Made by a program: the position numbers and the translations under genes. This document shows, piece by piece, positions 1 to 10,458 of a DNA stretch of 64,000 nt. The stretch spans positions 288,001-352,000 of the forward strand of contig CAWIEK010000044.1 in the NCBI GenBank assembly GCA_963835065.1, written 5' to 3'. This stretch comes from an uncultured Chthonomonadaceae bacterium (GTDB taxonomy: Bacteria > Armatimonadota > Chthonomonadetes > Chthonomonadales > Chthonomonadaceae). Position 1 is the stretch's first letter, and every line of letters begins with the position of its first letter. The notes beneath the pieces were generated by a model that was not told the origin of the DNA, did not search any database, and worked only from the letters and a program-made list of their open reading frames with translations.

Positions 1-939
1 ATCCATCCTGAAATCGTTTTGCCGGAACTCAAGCTCAACGCCAATCCCACCGCCTCCTTTTTCGACTGGCGCATTGACCATGACGTAACGCCGGTGCGCG
101 ATCAGCACTGCGGCGATTGCTGGGCCTTCGGCGCAATCGGCGCGTATGAAGGCAATTACCTGGTTCGCCACCCATACGTCAGCGCCGCAAGCCTGGACAC
201 TTCGGAGCAGTACATGGTGAACTGCGCCACCTATGACAACGGCCAGAAGGCGGGCAGTTGCGGCGGGGGCTGGCACGTGGGCGTATTCGAGTACCTGGTC
301 AGTCATGGCACCACGACCGAAGCGCTGTGCCCCGAAACCGGGCATGACGAGCCGTGCAATCCGAGCATCAAGCCCACGTATCGCGCCGTGGCATGGGGAT
401 ATGTCACCCCGGACGTCCAATCCGGTTTTGAAGACCTGCGCCTTCCCACACCCTACGAGATGAAGAAAGCCCTTTGCGAACACGGCCCCATAACCGTTGC
501 CGTGCTGGTTACGGAAGCGTTCGAGGCTTACACGGGCGAAGGCGGGACTCCGGTCTTTAAGGAAAGCCTGCCGGATAAAACGTTGTATTCGACAGACACC
601 GGCACGGGCAAGAAGTACCACAACATCAACCACGATGTCACGCTGATCGGATGGGATGACAGCAAGGGCGCGTGGCTGATCAAGAACTCGTGGGGAACCG
701 GGTGGGGCAATACCTGCGGCGTGGGCAAGGACAAGGGGTATATGTGGATCGCTTACGGCAGCAACAACATCGGTTATGGCGCGGCCTGGATCCGCTCCAC
801 GCCCGCGTTCTATTTCCTGCCGCCCAAATATTATCAGCTCATGCCGCGCGTACTGCCGTTCCCGCCCCCGGAAAAGCTGGACCCGGAAAAGATTCGCCAG
901 ATCAATAACCGCGTCATCAGCAGCGCCGCGCAGCCGTAA
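1..939 (+). CDS. Papain-like cysteine peptidase (C1A), 5' end outside window
   Basis: FDWR, QxCGDCWAF catalytic Cys motif, NHDVTLIGW (His), WLIKNSWGTGWG (Asn); frame is open from position 1. Confidence 0.9.
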   Translation: MHPEIVLPELKLNANPTASFFDWRIDHDVTPVRDQHCGDCWAFGAIGAYEGNYLVRHPYVSAASLDTSEQYMVNCATYDNGQKAGSCGGGWHVGVFEYLVSHGTTTEALCPETGHDEPCNPSIKPTYRAVAWGYVTPDVQSGFEDLRLPTPYEMKKALCEHGPITVAVLVTEAFEAYTGEGGTPVFKESLPDKTLYSTDTGTGKKYHNINHDVTLIGWDDSKGAWLIKNSWGTGWGNTCGVGKDKGYMWIAYGSNNIGYGAAWIRSTPAFYFLPPKYYQLMPRVLPFPPPEKLDPEKIRQINNRVISSAAQP

Positions 940-1005
940 GGAAGCGCCAATGTCCCTGTCGCGGCTGGCGTCCCGGCGACACCGCCCCGACAGGGTAACG
1001 CGACA

Positions 1006-1046
1006 AAAGCCGGGCGCGGAAGCGTGGCTGCTTCCGCCCTGGTTCT
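1006..1046. terminator. GC-rich hairpin after peptidase
   Basis: aaaagccgggcgcggaagc...gcttccgccctggttct imperfect inverted repeat. Confidence 0.35.
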
Positions 1047-1100
1047 GTAATCGCCTACATTCCACTCATAGGCGTCAACACTGAGAAAGGATTCAAGACA

Positions 1101-2825
1101 ATGCCCGTTTCATTCCACACCGTTTCGCAGCACATGACGTTTGTAGATCAAACGCCGCTGCACCATGTCCAGAACGCGAATTTCCTGCTGCCCGGACAAA
1201 CGTATGATGTGTTTATCACGCTTGCCAACAGCGACGCCGTGGAAGCGCTTGGCGTTCAAGTTCACGTCAACCATTCCGCGTTCGGCATCGGCCTGCCGGG
1301 AGGGGATTCGTACATCGCGCAGCCTTCGCCGGTCAACGTGCCTCCGGCTCTGGACGGCGACCCCGGCCTGGCAACGATTCAGTTCCAGTTCACCGCGCCC
1401 GCCGCGGGACACGGCTGCCTGTACGCGACCATCAAGCCGAACGGCCCCGGCCTGTCGCAAAATATCACCGTGTACAGCGTCGTGCCCGGCGCGAAAACCC
1501 TGCTGTCGTTTCTGGTTTACGGCGACCTGAATACTGCCGAAAAGATGACGCTGAATCTGACCGAACGGCTTGACAACGGCAGCCTGGTTCCCGCCGCCAA
1601 TTCCTGGCAGCCCCTGCTTGTCCCGCCGACGGACCTGACGGGGAGCGCCACTGCGGTTTCCATGCCCGCGCCGCTTACCGTGAACCTGGGCAAGGGAAGC
1701 GTGTACTCCATCGGGCTGCAAGTCGCCGTGCCGAAGACCGCAACGCAGGCGCATATCTTCCACATCACGGGAACGATCAAAACGCCGGGTGACGCGGGCG
1801 AGGTGGACATCCGCGTGGAGCCGACGGCGACAAACGCCACGCCCCCGCATCCCTACGTCAGCGGCGGCTACCATAGCCCGGACATTATTCTCATTGATCC
1901 GGCAACACATCTGGCTGTGCCTCTGTTCGGCGATCCGGGCGACCCGAACACGATCCTGCGCCCCAATACCAATTACGGGTTTCAGGTCGTTGTTCATAAC
2001 GATTCGCCCACGCCTGCGGTCAATACCGTTGTGCGCTTCTGGATGTGGGATTCGCTGTCGAAGATCGGAACACCTGTTGATGTGCAAAGCGCCACCATTC
2101 CGGCCAATGGGCAGGTGGTCGTGGTTTCCGAACATCCGTTCCTCAGCGCGCCGGAGGGCCGGCATCGCTGCGCGGCGGTGAGCATTTACAACTCGCAATC
2201 GGTCTGCCAGAACGACAGCACGGTGTTTTACGATGCGAACCAGAACGCCTTTCACCACCTGCCGGATGCGGGTACGGACGGCAACAAGAGTTGCGCGGCG
2301 TGGCGCAACACCGACTCGAAGTTCATTTACATCGGCAAGCCCTGGCAAATCAATCTGGATATGGGCTTTGTACTGCCCGGCCCCGGCCCGGTGGAACAGG
2401 CCGTGCGCGTGGATGTTACCACGCAGCATGTGCCTGCCGACCATGCCGCGCAGCCCGCAGTGATACAGGCCGCTCAAACCCTGCGCGAACTCGGCGGACA
2501 CGCCCTTGTGCCTACCTTCCTGCTGACAGCCGTACGCCCGACTTTGCCGCTCATTGACCTGGGCGTTAAAATTCAGGCAGCGGGCCTGAAGACCGCGCCC
2601 ATTGCGCCGCCCGCCAATGCGAATCCGAAAGCGGTACAGCCTGTCTCCCTGTCGGTGACGCTGCCTTCCGGCAGGCCCGCGCCGATTGCGATCAACGGCA
2701 TCACGCCCGCAGACGCGAAAGCGGGAGACATGTATCTGGTAGAAGTGGCCGCAACCTATCCGCAGGATCGAAACGGTACGAACAATGTCGTTCGGTTCAC
2801 CCACGCGCTGGTCGTCCACAGTTAG
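1101..2825 (+). CDS. Hypothetical protein with two similar Ig/CARDB-like beta domains
   Basis: SD (gaaagg) upstream; internal repeat LxPxxxYxxxxxxxNxxxxxAxxxxV...HxC. Confidence 0.7.
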   Translation: MPVSFHTVSQHMTFVDQTPLHHVQNANFLLPGQTYDVFITLANSDAVEALGVQVHVNHSAFGIGLPGGDSYIAQPSPVNVPPALDGDPGLATIQFQFTAPAAGHGCLYATIKPNGPGLSQNITVYSVVPGAKTLLSFLVYGDLNTAEKMTLNLTERLDNGSLVPAANSWQPLLVPPTDLTGSATAVSMPAPLTVNLGKGSVYSIGLQVAVPKTATQAHIFHITGTIKTPGDAGEVDIRVEPTATNATPPHPYVSGGYHSPDIILIDPATHLAVPLFGDPGDPNTILRPNTNYGFQVVVHNDSPTPAVNTVVRFWMWDSLSKIGTPVDVQSATIPANGQVVVVSEHPFLSAPEGRHRCAAVSIYNSQSVCQNDSTVFYDANQNAFHHLPDAGTDGNKSCAAWRNTDSKFIYIGKPWQINLDMGFVLPGPGPVEQAVRVDVTTQHVPADHAAQPAVIQAAQTLRELGGHALVPTFLLTAVRPTLPLIDLGVKIQAAGLKTAPIAPPANANPKAVQPVSLSVTLPSGRPAPIAINGITPADAKAGDMYLVEVAATYPQDRNGTNNVVRFTHALVVHS

Positions 2826-2873
2826 ACGCTTACCGCTGGTTCCCAAGAGTCCCGAACGGATTTCTTGCGGGGC

Positions 2874-2953
2874 AGTGAGAGTGGAGAGTGAGAGTGGCAA
2901 GTGAGAGTGAGAGAATATGCGCTTTTACTCTCACTCTCACTCTCCACTCCCAC
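2874..2953. repeat. Palindrome of short tandem repeats (AGTGAG / CTCACT arms)
   Basis: agtgagagtggagagtgagagt...actctcactctcactctccact. Confidence 0.8.
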
Positions 2954-3019
2954 TTCTTTCTCGACATCCTGACGTGTTTGCGCAATTTGGTCAAGCAAAT
3001 TTTATATTTCCGTTGTTAG

Positions 3020-3048
3020 TTGACACATAGCTAGTTATGTGCTATCCT
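3020..3048 (+). promoter_or_regulatory. Sigma70 promoter with palindromic operator in the spacer
   Basis: TTGACA-17 nt-TATCCT; CACATAgCTAGtTATGTG at 3024-3041. Confidence 0.7.
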
Positions 3049-3066
3049 TGTGGAATAGTACAAACC

Positions 3067-3342
3067 ATGACTACCAACGACATGATAATTCAATTGCGCG
3101 AACAGACAAATGCGCTGTTGGCGCAGATCAAGCAGCTTGACGAGCCGGAGCGCACCATGCTGTTGCGGGAAGCGCGCGCCCGTTTTGCCGCGTCTATTCG
3201 CACCACCGCGCGTTCGCAGGCAAGCCGGGAAAACATGACCAAACTGAATGAGGCGCGTCAAGCCTACGGCGTCAGCGACGAGACCCGGGCGAAACTAAGC
3301 GCCGCGCGTAAAGCCGCCTGGGAGCGCAAGCAGGCAGGGTAG
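3067..3342 (+). CDS. Small basic protein with NUMOD3-like DNA-binding motif
   Basis: C-terminal SDETRAKLSAARKAAW; lies directly after the promoter. Confidence 0.6.
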   Translation: MTTNDMIIQLREQTNALLAQIKQLDEPERTMLLREARARFAASIRTTARSQASRENMTKLNEARQAYGVSDETRAKLSAARKAAWERKQAG

Positions 3343-3408
3343 AGCAAAGGCGTTGCTTTGACTACGTTTTGATGAGAGTTATGTTCTTGGAAAGAAAGGC
3401 GTTTGGCG

Positions 3409-4860
3409 ATGACCGAACAAGCCAACAGGCTCCATGAAATTCAGCAGGCGAACGATGTTCTTACAGATCGCTACGCTTCCAAATTGGTTGTCAACCCGCA
3501 TCTGGATCGTCGTCTGGTCAGTTTTCAGGCGAACAAGGGCGAGATCGGGAATCGCTGGTACAAGTACAAAGAGGGTTTTTCCGCCGCCTTGATGCGCTAC
3601 GCTTTTGAGAAAGTCGGCTTGACGAAGGGTACGCTTTTAGAGCCGTTCGCCGGGGCGGGAACCGCGTTGTTCGCGGCATCGGCGGCGGGCATGAACGCCG
3701 TTGGTATAGAGTTGCTGCCGAGCAGCGCGGAAAGCATCGCCGCGCGCCAATTGCTGTTGAAGGCGGATTCTGCGCGTATGGCAAAGGCTATCCGGTTGTT
3801 CCGCGCCAATCGCAGTTGGGAACAGGAGGGCGCAGTCGTTCCTTTCGCGCATCTGAAAATCACAAATGGCGCGTTTCCCGCGGAAACAGAACGCCAACTG
3901 CGCCGCTACCTGCATGACGCAAGCCTGCACTCCGACCCTGATGTTGGGCGTATCCTGCGCTTTGCCGCGTTGTGCGTACTGGAGGCTATCAGTTACACGC
4001 GCAAGGATGGACAGTATTTGCGCTGGGATTACCGTTCGGGACGTAGGCAGGGCAGCAGGCCGTTTGACAAAGGCAAAATCCTGACCTTTTCCGAGGCAAT
4101 TCAGCCCAAACTGCTCGATATTGAAACAGACCTGTGCGCCGACAGTATTCCTTCCAGCCTTTTCGACTTGGATTCCGAGGATGATTACCCCGGACAGGCG
4201 CATTCGCCCGGCAACATACAACTGCTGACAGGTTCCTGTCTGGATATTCTGCCGACGCTGGATGCGGCGTCTTTCGACGGCATCGTCACCTCGCCGCCCT
4301 ATGCCAACCGCTACGATTATACCCGGACTTACGCGCTTGAACTCGCTATGATGGGCGTTGGTGAAGAAGGCATCCGGCATTTGCGGCAGGCGATGCTTTC
4401 CTGCACCGTTGAAAACAAGGCCAAAGACGGCCTGAAAGCCCGTTTTTCCCCCGATGTGTACGAGGCGGCGCAAACGGCTTTTGAGCGTCAGGAAGCGCTG
4501 CAACGGATTCTCGCCTATCTGGAACTATGTAAAGCGAATAAAACCATCAACAACACCGGAATTCCGCGTATGGTGCGAAACTACTTTTTTGAAATGGCGC
4601 TGGTAATTTTCCAGTGCGCGCGATTGCTCAAGCCGGGTGCGCCTTTCGTAATGGTGAACGACAACGTGCGCTATATGGGAGCGCATGTTCCCGTAGATTT
4701 GATTTTGGCGGACTTTGCTGTCGCTTCTGGTTTTGACGTGGAAACCATCTGGGTTTTGCCCTGCGGCAAAGGCAACAGCAGTCAGCAAATGGGCGTACAC
4801 GGACGCGAAGAAGCGCGTAAATGCGTGTATGTGTGGCGACGCCCTGCAATGGCCTGCTGA
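3409..4860 (+). CDS. Site-specific DNA methyltransferase (probably N4-C; AvaI/BsoBI-like), apparently orphan
   Basis: WYKYKEGFS, EPFAGAGT (motif I), TSPPYANRYDY (motif IV SPPY), KGNSSQQMG. Confidence 0.85.
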   Translation: MTEQANRLHEIQQANDVLTDRYASKLVVNPHLDRRLVSFQANKGEIGNRWYKYKEGFSAALMRYAFEKVGLTKGTLLEPFAGAGTALFAASAAGMNAVGIELLPSSAESIAARQLLLKADSARMAKAIRLFRANRSWEQEGAVVPFAHLKITNGAFPAETERQLRRYLHDASLHSDPDVGRILRFAALCVLEAISYTRKDGQYLRWDYRSGRRQGSRPFDKGKILTFSEAIQPKLLDIETDLCADSIPSSLFDLDSEDDYPGQAHSPGNIQLLTGSCLDILPTLDAASFDGIVTSPPYANRYDYTRTYALELAMMGVGEEGIRHLRQAMLSCTVENKAKDGLKARFSPDVYEAAQTAFERQEALQRILAYLELCKANKTINNTGIPRMVRNYFFEMALVIFQCARLLKPGAPFVMVNDNVRYMGAHVPVDLILADFAVASGFDVETIWVLPCGKGNSSQQMGVHGREEARKCVYVWRRPAMAC

Positions 4861-4980
4861 ATACAGGACGCGACTAAAATCAGGCGGCAAATTCACTGCG
4901 CAAACAGTTTAATATAAGGAATTTAGTACCTGAGTGGCGAATTAGAACCATTATCGCTGTACGAGAAAAGGAGCAAGATA

Positions 4981-6341
4981 TTGGATACTCTGGTCAGAGC
5001 CATGTATGGGATTGGAACGGAAGAACTGGCGCGGTTTCAGGAGGCGTTTGCCGCCAATCCGCAGCATCAGGTGTCGCTGAACGCGGTTACGAAAACGCCG
5101 CTCACGCAAATCGCTATGAACCGCAAGGCGGTGACGCGCGCCAACCACACGTACTCGCATCTGGTCAAGGCGGGCGCGGCCACCAGCCAGAACAAAAGCG
5201 GGCGCTGCTGGATGTTCGCGGGCCTGAACCTGTTCCGCATGAAAGCGGCGGAAATGATGAACCTGGAAGAATTCGAGTTGTCGCAGAATTATCTTTTTCT
5301 GTGGGATAAATTGGAAAAATCCAATTTCTTTCTGGAAAGCATTCTGGGTACGCTGCATGAGGACGTGGGCAGCCGCCTGCTGGCCTGGCTGATGCAGTCG
5401 CCGATACAGGACGGCGGGCAGTGGGATATGTTCGTCAACCTGATTAAGAAGTACGGCGTGGTTCCCAAAGAAGCCATGCCGGAAACCGAAAGCAGCAGCG
5501 CCAGCCACCTGATGAATGACCGCATCACCAACAAACTGCGCGAATACGCCGCGCGCCTGCGCAGCGGGCATCGGGAAGGGCTGGAACTCGATGTATTGCG
5601 CGAGCAGAAAACGCAGATGCTGTCGGAAGTGTACCGCATGTTGTGCATGCACCTGGGCGAGCCGCCGACCGAATTTGAATGGCAGTGGCGCGACAAGGAC
5701 AAGGAATTCCATCGCGACGGAACCCTGACGCCGCTTGGAGTTCCGCGAAAAATACGTGCCCATTGATCTCGACGATATGGTGTGCCTGATTCATTGCCCC
5801 ACTGTAGAAACCCCGTACAACCGCATGTACACGGTCAACTATCTGGGCAACGTGATCGGCGGGCATGGCGTCCGCTACCTGAACGTTGAAATGGACGCGC
5901 TGAAAAAAGCGAGCGTGGGCATGATCAAGGATGGCAAGCCCGTCTGGTTCGGCTGCGACGTGGGCAAGATGTTTGACCGCGATTTGGGATTGATGGACAC
6001 GGAATTGTACGATTTCGAGGGCGTGTACGGCGTTCCGTTCCACATGACCAAAGCCGAGCGGCTGGATTACGGCGCAAGTTTGATGACGCACGCGATGGTG
6101 TTTACAGGCGTGGATTTGGACGAGGCGGACAAGCCCCGCAAATGGCGCGTAGAAAACAGTTGGGGCGACAAAGTGGGCGACAAAGGCTTCATGCTGATGA
6201 CTGACGCCTGGTTCGACCAATTCAACTACGAAGTCGTAGTGGAAAAGCGGTACGTCGCGCCCGAACTGCTGGCGTCTGCTGGATACGGAGCCGATTGGCC
6301 TCCCGCCCTGGCATCCCATGGGATCACTGGCGGCGGCATGA
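4981..6341 (+). CDS. pepC: Aminopeptidase C / bleomycin hydrolase (C1B), two frameshifts (~5740, ~6275)
   Basis: QNKSGRCWMFA, DGGQWDM, MTHAMVFTG, WRVENSWG; the canonical C-terminus PPWHPMGSLAAA* is in a third frame. Confidence 0.85.
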
Positions 6342-6493
6342 CAGCAAATCACTCTGCACTCAGAGGAGTGTCGTAGAACGTTCGTTTGCGTCTTGCCCAC
6401 AATCTCGCAAATTGCCCGTCAATAGCCTCTGTACAAAGGCATGACGGGCATTTCTTTGGACGCGCGGTTCGCGCGTTGCGCGAAGGAATGGGT

Positions 6494-7384
6494 TCAGTAC
6501 GGTTTTGTCGCTATGCCCGATGCGGCAGCCGTTTGCTGCGCAGGAGGGCTGAACGCGAAATCGGCGGCGGTCAGCGGCACATTGGTCTTGATGTTGGAGA
6601 GACGCATTACCTGTACGCCGTGTCGCCCGACGCTGTTAAATTCCAGCACATACTCGTGAATCAGGCTGTCGGGGCCGATATACAAATGCTGCTCGAAGGG
6701 TGTATTCTCGCCCCCGGCGATGTTGCCGTTGGTGAAATGGTGTGACAGAACTTCATACACAACCCCGTCTATCTTTTGTGTGCCCTCGTACTTCAATTCG
6801 TTCATGCTGCCGACATAGCCGTATTGCGCGATAGCCCGTTCGGGGTCGAAGAACGCGCCGAAAGGGATGCCGTCCCACAGGTGCAGGTTTGCGCCGGTGG
6901 CTTCCGCCGGCTGTGTGCTGTAGGTTCCCCCGCCCGCTGCCAGGCCGGATGCCTGCCGCGCTCCCAGCAGGCTGTCAAAGGGCGCGTCCGCGAACGCGCG
7001 GGTGGGAAGAAAACTGCCGGGCGTAAAGGTTGTCATGGTTTTGCCGTCCGAGGCGACCAGGTTGGGAAAGGCCGGGTGGGTCATATAGGAAAACTGAACG
7101 CGCGCGAAGTTGGGCCGCATGGCGCGGAACGATCCCGTCACCATCTGCTGGCTTTTCACCGACGTGCCCGTATAAACGAAATCCGCCGTCATGGTCTTTG
7201 TCCGCAATGCCGCCGTTCGCAGGCGGCGCAGGAGAGCGGCAACGCGGGGATCCATGGCAGACGCGGACGACACAGGCCGCGCGTCGCGCGTTTGCGAACG
7301 CGCGACGGTCTGCGCCGGACAGGAACCGAGACTTACAGCAAGGCCGCTCAACAGCAGCAGCGGGACAGCCAGGCGTGACAGCAT
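6494..7384 (-). CDS. Exported LolA-like / outer-membrane lipoprotein carrier-like protein
   Basis: Signal peptide MLSRLAVPLLLLSG; KTMTADF...RPNFARV...LVASDGKT and C-terminal NVPLTAADFAFSPP. Confidence 0.6.
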   Translation of the reverse strand: MLSRLAVPLLLLSGLAVSLGSCPAQTVARSQTRDARPVSSASAMDPRVAALLRRLRTAALRTKTMTADFVYTGTSVKSQQMVTGSFRAMRPNFARVQFSYMTHPAFPNLVASDGKTMTTFTPGSFLPTRAFADAPFDSLLGARQASGLAAGGGTYSTQPAEATGANLHLWDGIPFGAFFDPERAIAQYGYVGSMNELKYEGTQKIDGVVYEVLSHHFTNGNIAGGENTPFEQHLYIGPDSLIHEYVLEFNSVGRHGVQVMRLSNIKTNVPLTAADFAFSPPAQQTAAASGIATKPY

Positions 7385-7775
7385 CCTTTTCTCCTTTGTA
7401 GGCTTCCACGATCTATAGAAGCAGGTATACAGAAGCAGAGGCAAGCAGAACCTACTACATTTCAAGGCGTTTGCGGGCAAAGCGCGTTACAAGTTAATGC
7501 GCAAACGCGACTTGAGACAACTATCTATTGAGACGGCGCAAGCTGCTTCTACGGTTCACAATTTATGCAATTACATTCTCAATCCGCGTTCATTCGCGGC
7601 TATTTCTAAAAAGTGTGTTGCGGCGCGTTCAAGTTTCAAACATCGGCGATTTTCTTTGCGTATTGAGAAGACAGGGAACGTTTCGGCGGGTTTGTTTGTT
7701 GTAGGGAGTGAACCGTCGAGGTTTGCGCGTTGCTTTCATCTGCGGCGCAAACGGGCGCATCAAGGAGAATTAACC

Positions 7776-8354
7776 ATGCGAAATAACGGCATCGCGGCAG
7801 TGGCCTGCGTCTTGGGAGCAACATTGGCCTGGGGCTATATGCGTAACGCAAACGCGCAAACCGACAGCGCGGCGAAAATGAAACAAACGACAACGACGAG
7901 CAAAGTCGCCAAAATCACCAAAAGTGACGCGGAGTGGAAGAAGATTTTGACGCCGGAGCAGTACGACGTGATGCGCCAAAAGGGAACGGAGCGGGCGTTC
8001 ACGGGCAAATATTGGCACAACGAGGAAACGGGCGCGTACTACTGCGCGGCCTGCGGCCTGGAACTGTTCACGTCCAAAACCAAGTTCGATTCGGGCACGG
8101 GCTGGCCGAGTTTTTATCAGGAAGCGGTCAAAGGCAACATCATCACGCACACGGACGCGGACGGCGAGCGCTCGGAAGTGATTTGCGCCCGTTGCGGCAG
8201 TCACCTGGGCCACGTTTTCACCGACGGCCCCAAGCCCACCGGCCTGCGCTACTGCATGAACTCCGTCAGCCTGGAGTTCAAAAAGGACGGCGACAAGAGC
8301 AAACTGAAAGCCCCCGCCCTCCCGGCAGTAACCACAACCACCACGAAGAAGTAG
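7776..8354 (+). CDS. msrB: Peptide methionine-(R)-sulfoxide reductase with N-terminal signal peptide
   Basis: GTERAFTG, CxxC pairs, [27 protein letters not shown] aaggag. Confidence 0.95.
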   Translation: MRNNGIAAVACVLGATLAWGYMRNANAQTDSAAKMKQTTTTSKVAKITKSDAEWKKILTPEQYDVMRQKGTERAFTGKYWHNEETGAYYCAACGLELFTSKTKFDSGTGWPSFYQEAVKGNIITHTDADGERSEVICARCGSHLGHVFTDGPKPTGLRYCMNSVSLEFKKDGDKSKLKAPALPAVTTTTTKK

Positions 8355-8394
8355 CCTGTATCTTAATTACGGGCTTGCAGCCCATTCTTCCTGC

Positions 8395-8426
8395 GGCCAG
8401 TCGTTTCCACGCGAAATGACTGGCCT
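8395..8426. terminator. Hairpin downstream of msrB
   Basis: ggccagtcgtttc-cacgc-gaaatgactggcc. Confidence 0.5.
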
Positions 8427-9001
8427 TAAGTGTTTGCGCGGGTAGGTATTTTGCCGGCGCCAGTCGAATAGGCCGTCTGAATCATGCTCATCAAAACGTG
8501 AGTTTAGCGCCTGTTTACCGGTACACTGCGGCATAACTCCTTGTGCAGTAACCGGATTATACCTATTTTAATCTTTTGCCGGTTATTAGGCCGTCGGCCA
8601 ATCGTCCCAATGAACGAAAACTACTCACGTATTTAGGCCGCAGTGTACTAGTGACCTTCGACACGCACAAGCGCGTGTGCCGCATTGTTCTTAACGCCGC
8701 CCATCCGTTCGCGCGCAAGTTGCAACCCGCCTTAACCAAGTTGCTGGACCAGTGGCACACCGATGTTTGGTTGGGCGAAATTCAGGTTTGTATAGCGGGC
8801 GCTATGGGAAGACTTACGCTGTGACATACTGGATTGTACTGGGTTTCCTGCTATGGATACTTTTTTTAACGTGTGCCGGTGTCCTGCATACTTCAGCCGG
8901 TCCCAAAATTTTGCGCTATAATATCTTTTGTCTGACAGCGTGGCGTGTTCCTGCGCATACGGCTTGCCGGTGTAATATGCGTGGAAAATTAGAGAGGAAA
9001 A

Positions 9002-10273
9002 ATGGTGAAGGTAAACGGAAGCCAGCAGGTACTTGTAATCGGGGCGGGGGCGGCAGGGCTGTTGGCGGCGAAGCGGGCGGCGGAACGGGGAGCGCGCGTC
9101 ACGCTGCTGGAAAAGAATGACCGCGTGGGCATGAAGATTTTGATTTCCGGCGGCGGCAAGTGCAACCTGACCCATGCGGACGCGATGGAAGCGGTTCGCG
9201 CCGCATTTCGCCCGAATGAAGCCCGGTTCCTCAAGCCGTCCTTTTACCGCTTCACCAATGACGATTTTCTGGACATTCTTCATCAGGAAGGGATGCAAAC
9301 GTATGCGCGTCCCGATGGCCGCGTGTTTCCCGTCGAGCCTGCCAACGCCAAAGATGTCGTTGCCCTGCTGGAAAGCGTCGCGCGCAAGGCGGGCGTAAGT
9401 ATCGTATTGGGCGCAGGCGTGAGCGGATTGGTTTGCGAAGCGGGGCATGTTGTCGGCGTTCGCGTCGGTGAGCGCATACAGCGGGCGGATCGGGTGATTG
9501 TCGCTGTTGGCGGCTCTTCCTATCCGGCAACGGGAACGACGGGAGATGGCTGGCGGTGGGCGGCGGAAGCGGGACATACGCTTGTGCCGCTGCGGGCGGC
9601 GCTTGCGCCCCTGTACCTGGCGAATGTGGAACCGGACTGGTCAGGCGTGGCGCTGCGCGATGTGGCCTTGCGGGCGCGGCTGGGCGCGGGCGGCAAAGAA
9701 TACGCGCGCTGGCGGGGCGATCTGCTGTTCACGCACAAGGGCGTGTCCGGCCCATGCGCGCTTGGCGTCTCGCGGGAGATTGCCGAACGCATGGCGGTTG
9801 GCGTTGCGCAGGGTGGTATCGTGGAAGTGGATTTACTTCCCGACGTGCCGTTCGAGGAACTGCAAACACAATTGCGTTCGGAATTGCAAGCGAACCCGCG
9901 CAAAACACTGGGCGGCGTCACAGCCCGCTATGTGCCCGACAGCCTGGCCGCGCCGCTTGGCGCGGCTATCGGAACTGATCCGCAAACGCGGGGCGCGCAC
10001 CTGTCAGCCAAAGCCTTGAACCGCGCCGTCAGCATCCTCAAAGGCTGGCCGCTCGGCGGTGTGCGGAGTGTCCCTTTGGAACGCGGCGAAGTGGTTGCAG
10101 GCGGCGTCAGTCTGGACGAAGTGGACGCGCACACGATGGAATCGCGCCTCGTTAAAGGGCTGTACCTGTGTGGCGAAATACTCGACATTGCCGGTCCCGT
10201 CGGCGGCTACAACCTGCAAGCCGCGTGGAGTACCGGCTATGTGGCAGGCGAAGCGGCTGCCGATAACCTGTAA
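9002..10273 (+). CDS. HI0933/YhiN-family NAD(P)/FAD-dependent oxidoreductase
   Basis: GAGAAG, KILISGGGKCNLT, GGSSYPATGTTGDG, GGYNLQAAWSTG. Confidence 0.92.
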   Translation: MVKVNGSQQVLVIGAGAAGLLAAKRAAERGARVTLLEKNDRVGMKILISGGGKCNLTHADAMEAVRAAFRPNEARFLKPSFYRFTNDDFLDILHQEGMQTYARPDGRVFPVEPANAKDVVALLESVARKAGVSIVLGAGVSGLVCEAGHVVGVRVGERIQRADRVIVAVGGSSYPATGTTGDGWRWAAEAGHTLVPLRAALAPLYLANVEPDWSGVALRDVALRARLGAGGKEYARWRGDLLFTHKGVSGPCALGVSREIAERMAVGVAQGGIVEVDLLPDVPFEELQTQLRSELQANPRKTLGGVTARYVPDSLAAPLGAAIGTDPQTRGAHLSAKALNRAVSILKGWPLGGVRSVPLERGEVVAGGVSLDEVDAHTMESRLVKGLYLCGEILDIAGPVGGYNLQAAWSTGYVAGEAAADNL

Positions 10274-10282
10274 CAACGCGGG

Positions 10283-10458
10283 CTAATAGATGTTCAGAGC
10301 GCGGTATGCCTTCCGAATGTTCTCGCAAAACTCCTCGTAAGAAGGAAGCATTTCCAGTTTATCCAGTGAAATCGCGCTGCCAATCGGCTGATACAAATCG
10401 TTTCGCTTCAACTCGGTTCGCCTGCGCCTGGGCATGTCCTAAAGATACTATGAACCAT
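10283..10458 (-). pseudogene. Remnant of DUF4276-like partner gene (C-terminus only)
   Basis: ATG coupled to the ATPase stop (TAATG), then an out-of-frame tail RRRRTELKRNDLYQPIGSAISLDKLEMLPSYEEF...LNIY*. Confidence 0.55.

Noticed and set aside
1110..2900. Long antisense ORFs (also 13064-14683, 20372-21709, 25525-26760, 31007-32308, 39063-40391)
   Set aside because: Shadow frames of real genes in GC-rich DNA, with no recognisable motifs
8576..8824. 82-aa ORF and adjacent short hydrophobic ORF between msrB and the flavoprotein gene
   Set aside because: TTG start, no clear SD or motif; cannot be supported
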